DNA of 30,463 nt from an uncultured Myxococcales bacterium. GTDB taxonomy: Bacteria > Myxococcota > UBA4151. Position numbers and translations under genes: made by a program. Positions 1 through 9,129 of the stretch are shown here, in pieces (position 1 is the first letter of the stretch; every line of letters starts with the position of its first letter). The stretch lies in assembly GCA_964013405.1 (NCBI GenBank), contig CAXGWI010000027.1, positions 1 to 30,463 on the forward strand, in the 5' to 3' direction. Under the pieces are notes generated by a model. That model ran no database searches, was not told the origin of the DNA, and was given only the letters and a program-made list of their open reading frames with translations.

Positions 1-1296
1 TCGTGCGTAGAGCGGCGACATGCGACGAGGCCTGGCGCTGTCATCCTCTTCTTGCGGCCAACTCATGGTGTAGTGCTTGGCGTAATGTTCCAGGGTCCGC
101 TCACGAACCCATTGGGGATCCCCGTGATGATCATGAAAGCGGCGGATGTCCACAGGCCAAAGATCCATGGGCGGCACGCCGGCCTCGATCCATTCGGCGA
201 GGGCACGTCCTGCCCCTCCACCGGCGGCGATGCCATAGGCATTGAAACCCGCACCCACATAAAAGTTCTTCACCTGAGGCGCTTCGCCCAGAATGAAGTT
301 CCCATCCGGCGTAAAGGCTTCGGGGCCGTTGATGAGCTTTTGAACCCCCACCTCGCCAAGGACTGGAACCCGCGCCAAAGCCAACTCCACCAAATCCTGA
401 AAATGGTCGAAGTTCTCCGGCAACAACTGGAAGTCAAAATGCTCGGGCAAGCCCTTCACCGCCCAGGGGATTGGATTGGGCTCATAGCCGCCCATGCACA
501 GACCGCCGACCTCCTCCTTGAAGTACACGAGCTTGTCCGGATCCCGCAGGGTGGGCAGATCTCGATGCACGCCGGGAATCGGCTCACTGATCATGTACTG
601 GTGCTCCACGGAGCAGACGGGCACGGGCACGCCGGCCAAAGCACCGATCTCCCGGGCCCATTGCCCGCCGCAGTTCACCACCACCTCGCACCAGACCCGT
701 CCCTTGACCGTATCCACCGCTTTCACAGCGCCGTTTTCCACCACGATGCCCTGGACCTTGCAGTGCTCCACAAAGGTGACGCCGCCGACCCGAGCCCCTT
801 TGACCAAGGCCATCGTGGTGTCACTGGGACTGGCGCTACCATCGGTGGGCAAAAAGGCCGCGCCCACCAAATCGTCGATCTCCATCAGGGGCCAAAGATC
901 AAAGGCCTCCTGGGGGCTGAGCAGGTGCATCTCCAAGCCAAAGCTGCGGGCCGTGGTTGCCGCCCGCCGCAACTCCGTCATCCGGGCTTCCGTACAGGCC
1001 AGTCGCAGACCGCCACACATCTTCCAGCCCGTGGCTTGACCGGTTTCTGCCTCCAGATTGTCGTAGAGTTCGACACTATACTTCAACAGCTGGGTGATGT
1101 TGGCGCTGGAGCGGAGCTGCCCCACCAAACCGGCTGCATGCCACGTTGAGCCGCTGGTGATTTGGGATTTTTCGAGAACCACAACATCCCGAAGCCCTAA
1201 CTTGGCCAAATGGTACGCGGTGGAAGCCCCCACGATGCCACCGCCGATAATGACCACCTGAGCGTGACTGGGCAGCGTGTTGCGTGGGGGGCTCAT
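1..1296 (-). CDS. GcvT-family FAD-dependent oxidoreductase (sarcosine/dimethylglycine dehydrogenase-like); 5' part only, runs off the left edge
   Basis: Not in the ORF track; translated by hand from ATG at 1296: MSPPRNTLPSHAQVVIIGGGIVGASTAYHLAKLG...EKSQITSGSTWHAAGLVGQLR...LINGPEAFTPDGNFILGEAP...GFNAYGIAAGGGAG...VDIRRF...RPRRMSPLYAR. Has the GxGxxG FAD motif and the family-typical GSTWHAAG and FTPDG motifs. The ATG overlaps the upstream TGA (ATGA). Confidence 0.93.
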   Translation of the reverse strand, partial: MSPPRNTLPSHAQVVIIGGGIVGASTAYHLAKLGLRDVVVLEKSQITSGSTWHAAGLVGQLRSSANITQLLKYSVELYDNLEAETGQATGWKMCGGLRLACTEARMTELRRAATTARSFGLEMHLLSPQEAFDLWPLMEIDDLVGAAFLPTDGSASPSDTTMALVKGARVGGVTFVEHCKVQGIVVENGAVKAVDTVKGRVWCEVVVNCGGQWAREIGALAGVPVPVCSVEHQYMISEPIPGVHRDLPTLRDPDKLVYFKEEVGGLCMGGYEPNPIPWAVKGLPEHFDFQLLPENFDHFQDLVELALARVPVLGEVGVQKLINGPEAFTPDGNFILGEAPQVKNFYVGAGFNAYGIAAGGGAGRALAEWIEAGVPPMDLWPVDIRRFHDHHGDPQWVRERTLEHYAKHYTMSWPQEEDDSARPRRMSPLYAR

Positions 1297-2468
1297 CGTT
1301 GGGCCAACTCACCGCTGAGGGCCCGAAGAAAGAGGGGTTCCATGTTCTCCGGCGTCAGGGGTCGGGGGTTGGTGGGGGCCGTCGGATCCTGGGCGGCGGG
1401 ACCAGCCAACAGCGAGGCATGATGGGGCTCAAAACCCAGGGCTTCCAAGGTGTGGGGGATCTGGAGCCGCTGCCGCAATTCAAGCACCCAGGCCATCACC
1501 GCGCTGAGCCCCTCACCGGGCAGGTCGAGGGCCCGGGCCAACAGATCCATACGCGGACCGATCACATCGGCGTTAAACTCAAGGACGTAGGGCATCACGA
1601 TGGCGTTGGTCAGCCCGTGGTGGGCCTTCAGGTGAGCGCCGATAGGGTGGCTCATGGAGTGCATGGCCCCTAAGCCCTTTTGAAAAGCCGTGGCCCCCAT
1701 CATGGAGGCTACCAGCATGTCCTGGCGGGCGCCGAGGTCGCCCCCGTTCTCGACGGCGCGGACCAGGGCCTTCTGAATCAACCGCATCCCCTCGAGGGCA
1801 ATGCCATCGGCTTGAGGATGGTAGCCAGGCGCACAAAAGGCTTCGAGGTTGTGGGACAGGGCGTCCATACCCACGGCCGCGGTGACTTGCGCGGGCAAGC
1901 CCACCGTGACCTCCGGGTCGAGCAGCACCCGCTCCGGCAACATGCGGGCGTGGAAGATGATCACCTTTCGCTTCTCAGCTTCGTTGACGATCACCGAGCA
2001 ACGCCCCACCTCGGAGCCGGTGCCGCTGGTGGTGGGGACTGCGACGCAGGGCAGCATCCCGGCTTCATCCACCCGCTGCCAGTTATCGCCGGCATCCTCG
2101 AAGGCCCAAAGGGGGCGGGTTTGTCCGGCCATCAGCGCAACCGCCTTGCCCACATCGAGGGCGCTGCCGCCACCAAAGGCGATGACTCCATCGTGCTCGC
2201 CCCGGCGGAGGGCCTCGACGGCCTCCTCGACATCCCTACCGTTGGGGTTGGGGTTCACCCCGTTAAAGACCCCCACCCCGAGCCCGGCCCCCTCGCAGTG
2301 TTCGACGGCTTGGGCGACGATGGGGAGGTCTGCGAGCCCCTTGTCGGTCACGAGGATGGGTTGAGTCATCCCCAGCTCACGGCAAGCCTCGGGCAACTGG
2401 GCAAGACAGCCAGGACCAAAGCGGATGGGTGTCGGGTAATTCCATGTCCCAGAAGACGGTATGCTCAT
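1293..2468 (-). CDS. Iron-containing alcohol dehydrogenase
   Basis: Motifs GGGSALD, PTTSGTGSE, DALSHNLE, HSMSH and HHGL (metal ligands); 391 aa. Confidence 0.95.
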   Translation of the reverse strand: MSIPSSGTWNYPTPIRFGPGCLAQLPEACRELGMTQPILVTDKGLADLPIVAQAVEHCEGAGLGVGVFNGVNPNPNGRDVEEAVEALRRGEHDGVIAFGGGSALDVGKAVALMAGQTRPLWAFEDAGDNWQRVDEAGMLPCVAVPTTSGTGSEVGRCSVIVNEAEKRKVIIFHARMLPERVLLDPEVTVGLPAQVTAAVGMDALSHNLEAFCAPGYHPQADGIALEGMRLIQKALVRAVENGGDLGARQDMLVASMMGATAFQKGLGAMHSMSHPIGAHLKAHHGLTNAIVMPYVLEFNADVIGPRMDLLARALDLPGEGLSAVMAWVLELRQRLQIPHTLEALGFEPHHASLLAGPAAQDPTAPTNPRPLTPENMEPLFLRALSGELAQR

Positions 2469-2478
2469 AAGCTCAGCC

Positions 2479-3867
2479 CTAGAGTTGGCGCAGGTGAAAA
2501 GATTTGGGTCGGGTGAGATGCTCGAATCCCACCGTGCTCAAGGTGCAACCCCGGCCTGAATCCTTCACCCCCACCCACGCGAGTTGGGGGTCCAGATAGT
2601 CACAGCGGTTCATGAAGACGGTGCCGGTTTCCAATTGGTCGCCCAAGGCCTCGGCCGCATCGAGGTCCTCGGTCCAAAGGCTTGCCGTCAGACCAAAGCG
2701 ACTGTCGTTCATCAAACGCAGGGCTTCTTCGTCGGAGCGGACCTTCATGATGCCCACCGCCGGGCCAAAGGTCTCTTCCCGCATCAGATCCATGTCATGG
2801 GTCACATCGACCAGCACCTGCGGCGCCAAATAAGGGCCTTCATCCCCATGGGCCGGGAAATGGCTGGGGTCCACGAGGCTGCGCGCCCCCCGATCGATGG
2901 CTTGCCCGATTTGCCGCCGCACATGGTCGGCGGCGCTGGCGCGGACCATGGGCCCCAAGTCCACCTGGGCATCGAGCGGGTTGCCCAAGCGATAGCCCTT
3001 CAACTGATCCACATAGCCCGCAACCACCCGGTCGTAGACATCCTCGTGGACGTAGATCCGCTCGACCCCACAGCAACTCTGCCCCGAGTTGAAACAAACC
3101 CCTTCCACCAGATTGGGAATGGCATGATCCAAGTCGGCATCAGCCCGGACGTAGGCCGGGTCTTTCCCCCCAAGCTCTAGGCCCATGCCGATGAATCGCC
3201 CTGCGGCTGCTTGGCTCACCGCCCGGCCCCCCTCAACGCTGCCGGTGAACGCGACGAAATCGACGCGGGCATCTTGGATGACCTGGGCCACCTGTCCGTG
3301 GGAGCAGTGGATGAACTGGAGCAGACCTGGGGGCAGGCCTGCTTTCTCCCCGGCCGCCACGATGCGCTCGGCGCACAGCGGGGTTTGGTTGGAGTGCTTG
3401 AGCAGGACGGCGTTGCCCGCCGCCAAGGCCGGTATCACCGCATTCACCGCACAGAGATAAGGGTAGTTCCAAGGGGCCAAGCAAAAGACCAGACCGAGGG
3501 GCTCCCGCCGGATAAAGCGCTCGAAGCCGGGTTTGCCCGGTGGCACCACGTCGGCCAAGGCCCCGGGTGCCAGATCGAGCATGGTCCGGGCCCGGTCCTC
3601 AAAGCCGCCCACCTCGCCGGGGGTTTGGGACAGCGGGCGACCCATCTGCCAGGTGAGCTCTTCTGCGATCGCCGCCTTGTCGGCGACAAAAGCGTCAACC
3701 AGCGCCCCAAGGACCCGGAGGCGCTCCGACAGGTCGGCTCGACGCCAGGCCAACTGAGCCTGTTGCCCCCGGGCTAAAGCCCGATCGATGTGGGCATGAT
3801 CGGCCTGGCTACGCTCCACGTAGACCGAGCCATCGACCGGAGAGCGGGTTTGAAACCGTGCTGTCAT
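2479..3867 (-). CDS. NAD(P)-dependent aldehyde dehydrogenase
   Basis: Motifs PWNYP, FTGS, LELGGKDP, NSGQSCC and EETFGP. Start placed at ATG 3867, which has GGTGAGGT 8 nt upstream, rather than 3885. Confidence 0.95.
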   Translation of the reverse strand: MTARFQTRSPVDGSVYVERSQADHAHIDRALARGQQAQLAWRRADLSERLRVLGALVDAFVADKAAIAEELTWQMGRPLSQTPGEVGGFEDRARTMLDLAPGALADVVPPGKPGFERFIRREPLGLVFCLAPWNYPYLCAVNAVIPALAAGNAVLLKHSNQTPLCAERIVAAGEKAGLPPGLLQFIHCSHGQVAQVIQDARVDFVAFTGSVEGGRAVSQAAAGRFIGMGLELGGKDPAYVRADADLDHAIPNLVEGVCFNSGQSCCGVERIYVHEDVYDRVVAGYVDQLKGYRLGNPLDAQVDLGPMVRASAADHVRRQIGQAIDRGARSLVDPSHFPAHGDEGPYLAPQVLVDVTHDMDLMREETFGPAVGIMKVRSDEEALRLMNDSRFGLTASLWTEDLDAAEALGDQLETGTVFMNRCDYLDPQLAWVGVKDSGRGCTLSTVGFEHLTRPKSFHLRQL

Positions 3868-4012
3868 CCTGAGGCACCTCACCATCTAGGTGCCGCTCTA
3901 TACAAATCTTGGGGGCTGGCTGCACCCGACAAGAACACCTGGCTCACAAAAACTCGAGGCAGGCCTTGGTCATCAACGGGTCTGTGTCAGGGTTCGGCCG
4001 ACCGGAGTGGAG

Positions 4013-4759
4013 CTAGCGGCGAAAACGGACGTGCATGTGATCCTCGTGGTCCGCGGCGTTATGGCCGGCGAAGCGCAGTTTGTCTGAAGCCCATTTGAGG
4101 GCATTCTTCGATGCGCCGAGTCGACGACCTGCGGCCAGCAGGCGAGTTTTGATGTGGGGCTCCACGAGGACCTTCTCGACGGGTCTCGAAGGGTTGGCGC
4201 GAAGGGCCATCAAAAAGGCCCAGTTCAATTCCTCGTCAAAACGCACCTGCCCCCAGCGCCCCTCCTCGTTAAAGTCGCGCCGATACATACCCAGGGGTGA
4301 TCCCAATTCGGGCCGACTGGGTGAGACCCGCCCCTTCCGGTCTCGCCCGATAAACACGATGTCTACATCTCGCCCCCAGCGATGACTGAGATGTCCCAGC
4401 ATCGGGCCCCCTTTGGGCCAACTGATGTCTTGAACGGCCAGACGAAACTCCGGGTGGTCCTTTTGAACCCGTTCACAACTGCGCTGAAGGGCCTCGATCA
4501 CCGAGGCCTGACCATAGGTCCGCTTGAGGTGCCAGGCCCAGCGGTTGTGGGCATGAACGCAGGGGCCATGAAGGGGCAGGCGGCGCCACCCGGAGGTAGG
4601 TTCAGCGAAAAATCCCTCAACAAAATGCATCGTGCGGTCGTGGGCTTTTTTCAGGTAGCGGGTGGTCTTTGGCCGATCCCAGGCTGCAGCACCAATGAGG
4701 CCCACCGGAATGAGCATGAAAAGAAGTGAAGCCAGCACCATACCGCGACGACGAGCCAT
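4013..4759 (-). CDS. Penicillin-insensitive murein endopeptidase (MepA/peptidase M74-like) with N-terminal hydrophobic anchor or signal
   Basis: Motifs DISWPKGGPMLGHLSHRWGRDVD (HxSH...D) and C-terminal HEDHMHVRF; GGAGG RBS upstream. Confidence 0.85.
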   Translation of the reverse strand: MARRRGMVLASLLFMLIPVGLIGAAAWDRPKTTRYLKKAHDRTMHFVEGFFAEPTSGWRRLPLHGPCVHAHNRWAWHLKRTYGQASVIEALQRSCERVQKDHPEFRLAVQDISWPKGGPMLGHLSHRWGRDVDIVFIGRDRKGRVSPSRPELGSPLGMYRRDFNEEGRWGQVRFDEELNWAFLMALRANPSRPVEKVLVEPHIKTRLLAAGRRLGASKNALKWASDKLRFAGHNAADHEDHMHVRFRR

Positions 4760-4807
4760 CGGATCCTCCCGACCGGCTTCAACGACTCGGCGGACCGCTT
4801 ATTCCGC

Positions 4808-7048
4808 TTACTGCTTCGCCAGGTCCATACCGCCGGGGTAGGCGTACGAGACATAGTCATCGTAGGCATAGACCATGATCCCAAAGGGCTGCCCGTCCAA
4901 GGCCTTGATGTGATGACGGCCGGGCCCCAGCTTGATCACCGAGCGCATCCAATGACCGTCACCGATGGGTTCATCGGCTTCGGCCAGCCAGGGCAGTTGC
5001 TCCTCAGAGAACATCTCCCCCAGGTTCATGCCGATGTCATCGAGGAGGATCTCGGCGCCGGGCACGTGGATGATGTTGACGTACTGAGCCCAGTAGGTCG
5101 AAGGCGTGAGAAAGATGTACTCGGTACGGTACTGCTCGGTGGGCGGCACGATCGTCATCGCGGGATCGCCGGCATGGTCGCCGCCGCTGCGACCGATGCA
5201 CTGGCCTAAGAAACACCGACCACCGTCGCAGTCGTTGTCGCTGCGGCAGCCCCCCGCCGGATTGGGCCGGGTGCTTTCTTGACCACTGATGAATTGGGTC
5301 AGTTGGATGCGGTTGTTCGCCCGCAGGACAAAATCTCGCTGCGTGCCGAATTCACACCACTGCCCAGCCCCCAAAACAATCTGTCCACCGGCCTCCACAG
5401 CCTCGGTGCAGTTGGGGAGGCCTCGGGCCATTGGCGGCATCGGGCTGAGCTCATTCATGGGTGGGTCGATGGTGATGCGGGTGCCAGCTTCCGCCACCTG
5501 GACCCGGTAATAGTTCACTTCGGTCGGCTGCTCGCCCCGGAGCAGGGTGTGGGCGGCCACGTACTCGGCCCGCCAGGTGGAGACCGGCATCACCACGGTC
5601 TCGAGGTGATCACAGGCGTTGCTGTCATGGGGAATGTCCGTGCACACATGGCCACCAAAGACGCTCACCTCGGTGCTCGCGGCGATCCGAACCCCTGTAA
5701 GGTCAGCCTGGGCACCAGAGCCCCCACTGGTCACCAGGGTCAGGACCTCATAAGGCTCCAGTTCTGTACGCAGCGTGCCCCCTTGCAGTTGAAGCCCCGG
5801 CGGGAGCGAAACCTGCCGAGCGCCGAGGTCTATATCCAAGGTGGTGGCCTGCTCGCTGGCAACCACCGTCAGGAATCCGGGCCGACTCTGGTGGGTTGCC
5901 GAAACGGCCAAATACTCCAGGCCCTGGGAGCCGGCGGGAATCAGCAGGGTCGCGTCGTTGGTAAAGCTGTAGTTACAACACAGGGGTTGGAACTGATAGG
6001 CCGTCACCGGACCATCGGTCTGCACCCGATAGGCCCGGGTCGCCACCTCGCTCACGTAATCCACTCGGTTGCCTTGCACCACGGTCCCGGCGGAACGGCT
6101 GGGCAAGATAAAGGTGCCGATGCCCTGGGCTGGAATCTCTACCCCTTCGATGGGCCCACTGGCGTCTCTCACCTCGCCATCGGCCGTCTCCACCTGGGAT
6201 GCTACAGAGACATCACCACCGGGGACCAGCGTCGGTCCCGCAGCCTGGGCGATGGAGCCATCGGCCCAATCGATCGTGACCCGCACACCGTAGTTCTGGG
6301 TGTTCGCAAGCACCACGGCAAAGGGATGTTGGTCTTGCCGGCGTTCAGCTTCGCCGATCTGGGGTAGATCCACCGCAAAGAACGTGCAGCCATCATAGGA
6401 GCTGCGGGCTCTCGCCATGTCACAGGCGTCCTTGCAGCGACCATTGTCGCAGATCGTGCCAGCCTCGCAGGTGGATTCAACCTCCCAATTGCTCCCCTCC
6501 CCATTGCAACGGCCGATGGTTCGGTCATCGATACAGCCCGTGCTGTCGGGCCGGCAAATGGTGGGCTCACAGCGCCCCTCGCCCCGGCAGCGTTCCCCCC
6601 GCCGACAGGGAGACCATACCCACACCATGCCATCGTCATCACAACGCTGGCGGTCTAAGTCTCCGTCGTCGTCCTCGGTGCAACGATAAGCGCCTGCTTC
6701 GCAGACTTGATTCACGCACTGGCCACGGTCGTCACAGGCCGTGCCCCCCTCACAAGGGGCTTCAAGCCACTCACTGCCATCGGTCGAGCATTGCTCCCGC
6801 AGGCCACCGGCCCGACAGCGAAGCGCGCCGGGCTCGCAAACAGCCGACTGGCAACGCCCGTCGAAGCAGCGTTCGTCGAGACCGCAGTCTTCCACCGAGT
6901 TGATCCCGCCCACACAGACCGAGAGGGAGGTCCCGTCGTGACACTGAGGGGCCCGGGCTTCACAGGGCGTCCCGGGACCTGCTCCGCCGGGCTCGTCATC
7001 GGGGCAAGCGACGAGCAGGGTGATCAAGACCAGACTTCCCAAGCGCAT
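4808..7048 (-). CDS. Cys-rich lipoprotein with an IgGFc-binding-protein-like domain
   Basis: Likely start ATG 7048 (GGGGGAG RBS) giving MRLGSLVLITLLVA-C-PDDEP (lipobox). About five Cys-rich repeats, then SYDGCTFFAV...YQFQPL...FTNDATLLIP...VFGGHVC...CDHLE...GDPAM...YAYDDYVSYAYPGG, typical of myxobacterial IgGFc-binding proteins. Confidence 0.8.
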   Translation of the reverse strand: MRLGSLVLITLLVACPDDEPGGAGPGTPCEARAPQCHDGTSLSVCVGGINSVEDCGLDERCFDGRCQSAVCEPGALRCRAGGLREQCSTDGSEWLEAPCEGGTACDDRGQCVNQVCEAGAYRCTEDDDGDLDRQRCDDDGMVWVWSPCRRGERCRGEGRCEPTICRPDSTGCIDDRTIGRCNGEGSNWEVESTCEAGTICDNGRCKDACDMARARSSYDGCTFFAVDLPQIGEAERRQDQHPFAVVLANTQNYGVRVTIDWADGSIAQAAGPTLVPGGDVSVASQVETADGEVRDASGPIEGVEIPAQGIGTFILPSRSAGTVVQGNRVDYVSEVATRAYRVQTDGPVTAYQFQPLCCNYSFTNDATLLIPAGSQGLEYLAVSATHQSRPGFLTVVASEQATTLDIDLGARQVSLPPGLQLQGGTLRTELEPYEVLTLVTSGGSGAQADLTGVRIAASTEVSVFGGHVCTDIPHDSNACDHLETVVMPVSTWRAEYVAAHTLLRGEQPTEVNYYRVQVAEAGTRITIDPPMNELSPMPPMARGLPNCTEAVEAGGQIVLGAGQWCEFGTQRDFVLRANNRIQLTQFISGQESTRPNPAGGCRSDNDCDGGRCFLGQCIGRSGGDHAGDPAMTIVPPTEQYRTEYIFLTPSTYWAQYVNIIHVPGAEILLDDIGMNLGEMFSEEQLPWLAEADEPIGDGHWMRSVIKLGPGRHHIKALDGQPFGIMVYAYDDYVSYAYPGGMDLAKQ

Positions 7049-7199
7049 GACAGACTCCCCCGTGGATTTCACTCTACCTTTTGCCGGCCTAGGCCCCCAT
7101 CGGCGTATCGTCGTAGAGAGGAAAAAGGGGGCTGTGACCACAGTCTTGGCAGCTTGAAGGCCTCTCGATAGGTTGCCCGTCCTGTTAGGAGCCCCAACC

Positions 7200-9119
7200 A
7201 TGATCCGAACGGTGGTGGTCCCGTCGCACTTCCCCTTTTCCTCTTGGCTCGGACGCCTTTGCGTTCTTGCCTGCTTTCTCACCGTCGTTGCCTGCCCGGG
7301 CCCCTTGCCCGACTTGGTGGATCCCTTGGCTGGGGAGGCTGCAAAATGCGGTGATGGCATCGTCAATCAGACCGAGGAAACCTGCGATGACGGCAACACG
7401 GTGAACGAAGATAGCTGCACGAATAGTTGTGAAGCGGCAGTCTGTGGTGATGGAATCAAGCGGTCGGATCTGGGCTTGGGCGCGCCAGGCTTTGAGGCCT
7501 GCGACGATGGGAACCAAGAACAGACGGACGCGTGCCGCAACGACTGCTACGCCAACGTGTGTGGCGATGGCTTTGTCTATGGGGGAATCGAGGAATGCGA
7601 CGACGGCAATCAGGTGGATACGGACGCCTGCCGAAACACCTGCGATGAGGCCGTTTGTGGAGACAATGTGGTCCAAGATGGTGTTGAGGAATGTGACGAC
7701 GGAAATGTCATCAACGAAGACGCCTGCATCTCGACCTGCATGCTCGCCACCTGCGGCGACGGCTTCGTTCGCGCTGGCTTAGAAGCCTGTGACGACGGCA
7801 ACGATGTAGAGACCGATGCCTGCCTGGGCACCTGCCTGAACGCTCGGTGCGGCGACACCATCGTCCGCCTCGACGTGGCGGTCGGCAACCCGGGCTATGA
7901 AGCCTGCGATGATGGCAATCAAGATCGCGCTGATGCCTGCCTACCGGATTGCACAGCAGCGAGGTGTGGAGATGAGATTATTCGCCAGGACCTCGAACAG
8001 GGGGCTGAGGGCTACGAAGAATGCGACGATGGCAACGATGTAGACCGGGATGAGTGTACCACTGAATGCCAGACTGCCCGCTGCGGTGATGGCATCGTCC
8101 GACAGGATCTGAACGAAGGCGTTGTCGGTTACGAAGAATGTGAAGATGGTAATGATGTCGATGACGACGACTGCGCCAATAATTGCTTCGCCAATATCTG
8201 CGGCAATGGACGCGTCGACGTGGGCGAAGAGTGTGATGATAACAATCAGGACAACAATGATGGCTGTGTTGAAGGTTGTCGTGCTGCGCGGTGCGGTGAT
8301 GGTTTCCTTCGAGCCGGTGGTGAAGAAGAATGCGATGATGGAAATGACTCGGATTTAGATGCGTGCACGGCCGAATGTCTCATTTATCCCAACGGTGACA
8401 GCCAGCAAAACGCGATTGTAAACTGCACGGACCACAAACTCCATTATCCCGATGCAACCAACGGTCCTATCTGGGCCACCAAGCCCAACGGTGATGTCTT
8501 TCAAAGCTACTGCGACTTCACCACCGACGAAGCCAATGGGCCCTGGACTCGCTGCATGATTCTTGGCCCAGGGGCCGATGGCTACGAACGTAATCGCTTC
8601 AACGACTGCAAGGACTGGGGCGCGACCAAAGCCCTGCTCGTCGCCTATCGGACAAGTCACCGTGTGGACGAAGGGCTTGAGAACGCTGCAAAGTCTGAGA
8701 TTGTCCGACTCAGCCAGACCCCGTCAGGGATCAACAACCTGTTTACGCTCACAAACGGTGAGAATGACAACTGGCGGCTCGCTTCCGCAAACTACGATGT
8801 CACCGATTTAGGGGGCGACTTTCCCGCCCGTAACCACAACAACCGCGTCTATGTAGACTGGAACGGATTAGCCTACTGTACCGAAATCGACCTCCGGCCG
8901 CTTCGTTATGTTGCCCCCCTAGGCATGCGGGCCGAACTCTGTATCGGTGGAGAGCAAATCCCTTATCCCGATGCCTACCTCACCTGCCCACACCCCGACA
9001 CCCAGCAACTCTTCTGCATCTCAAGCACCAGTTTTCATGCCAATCAGGGGATGAGCTTTGCCGGGACGAATCAAGGGGCCTGGACCTTTACGGCCTTCGT
9101 CAATGCAGGAAACGAGTGA
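7200..9119 (+). CDS. Putative lipoprotein with 10 DUF4215 (Myxococcus cysteine-rich) repeats and a C-terminal fibrinogen-like (YCD...GxW) domain
   Basis: ATG 7200 after AGGAG; possible lipobox VVA-C. Ten CG[DN]x..E.C[DE]D[GN]N....D.C...C units, then GDSQQNAIVNC...YCDFTTDEANGPWT. Confidence 0.85.
   Translation: MIRTVVVPSHFPFSSWLGRLCVLACFLTVVACPGPLPDLVDPLAGEAAKCGDGIVNQTEETCDDGNTVNEDSCTNSCEAAVCGDGIKRSDLGLGAPGFEACDDGNQEQTDACRNDCYANVCGDGFVYGGIEECDDGNQVDTDACRNTCDEAVCGDNVVQDGVEECDDGNVINEDACISTCMLATCGDGFVRAGLEACDDGNDVETDACLGTCLNARCGDTIVRLDVAVGNPGYEACDDGNQDRADACLPDCTAARCGDEIIRQDLEQGAEGYEECDDGNDVDRDECTTECQTARCGDGIVRQDLNEGVVGYEECEDGNDVDDDDCANNCFANICGNGRVDVGEECDDNNQDNNDGCVEGCRAARCGDGFLRAGGEEECDDGNDSDLDACTAECLIYPNGDSQQNAIVNCTDHKLHYPDATNGPIWATKPNGDVFQSYCDFTTDEANGPWTRCMILGPGADGYERNRFNDCKDWGATKALLVAYRTSHRVDEGLENAAKSEIVRLSQTPSGINNLFTLTNGENDNWRLASANYDVTDLGGDFPARNHNNRVYVDWNGLAYCTEIDLRPLRYVAPLGMRAELCIGGEQIPYPDAYLTCPHPDTQQLFCISSTSFHANQGMSFAGTNQGAWTFTAFVNAGNE
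7347..8379 (+). repeat. Coding tandem array of 10 DUF4215 repeats (short ~32-aa and long ~39-aa variants)
   Basis: Counted directly in the translation. Confidence 0.9.
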
Positions 9120-9129
9120 CCAAACAGGC

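Noticed and set aside
52..1149. 365-aa plus-strand ORF, and similar long ORFs such as 5279-6367, 11544-12509, 12659-13603, 15900-17159 and 25273-26457
   Set aside because: They are antisense shadows of motif-supported genes on the other strand, expected from high-GC codon bias, and carry no recognisable motifs.
7132..7143. Short inverted repeat CTGTG-AC-CACAG in the divergent promoter region (also GGCAC...GTGCC near 14540-14557)
   Set aside because: Five-bp arms arise easily by chance, and I found no second copy or cognate regulator.
7049..7366. Long N-terminal extension of the 852-aa ORF overlapping the divergent gene
   Set aside because: The RBS and lipoprotein signal peptide support ATG 7048; the extension is antisense to the gene starting at 7200.
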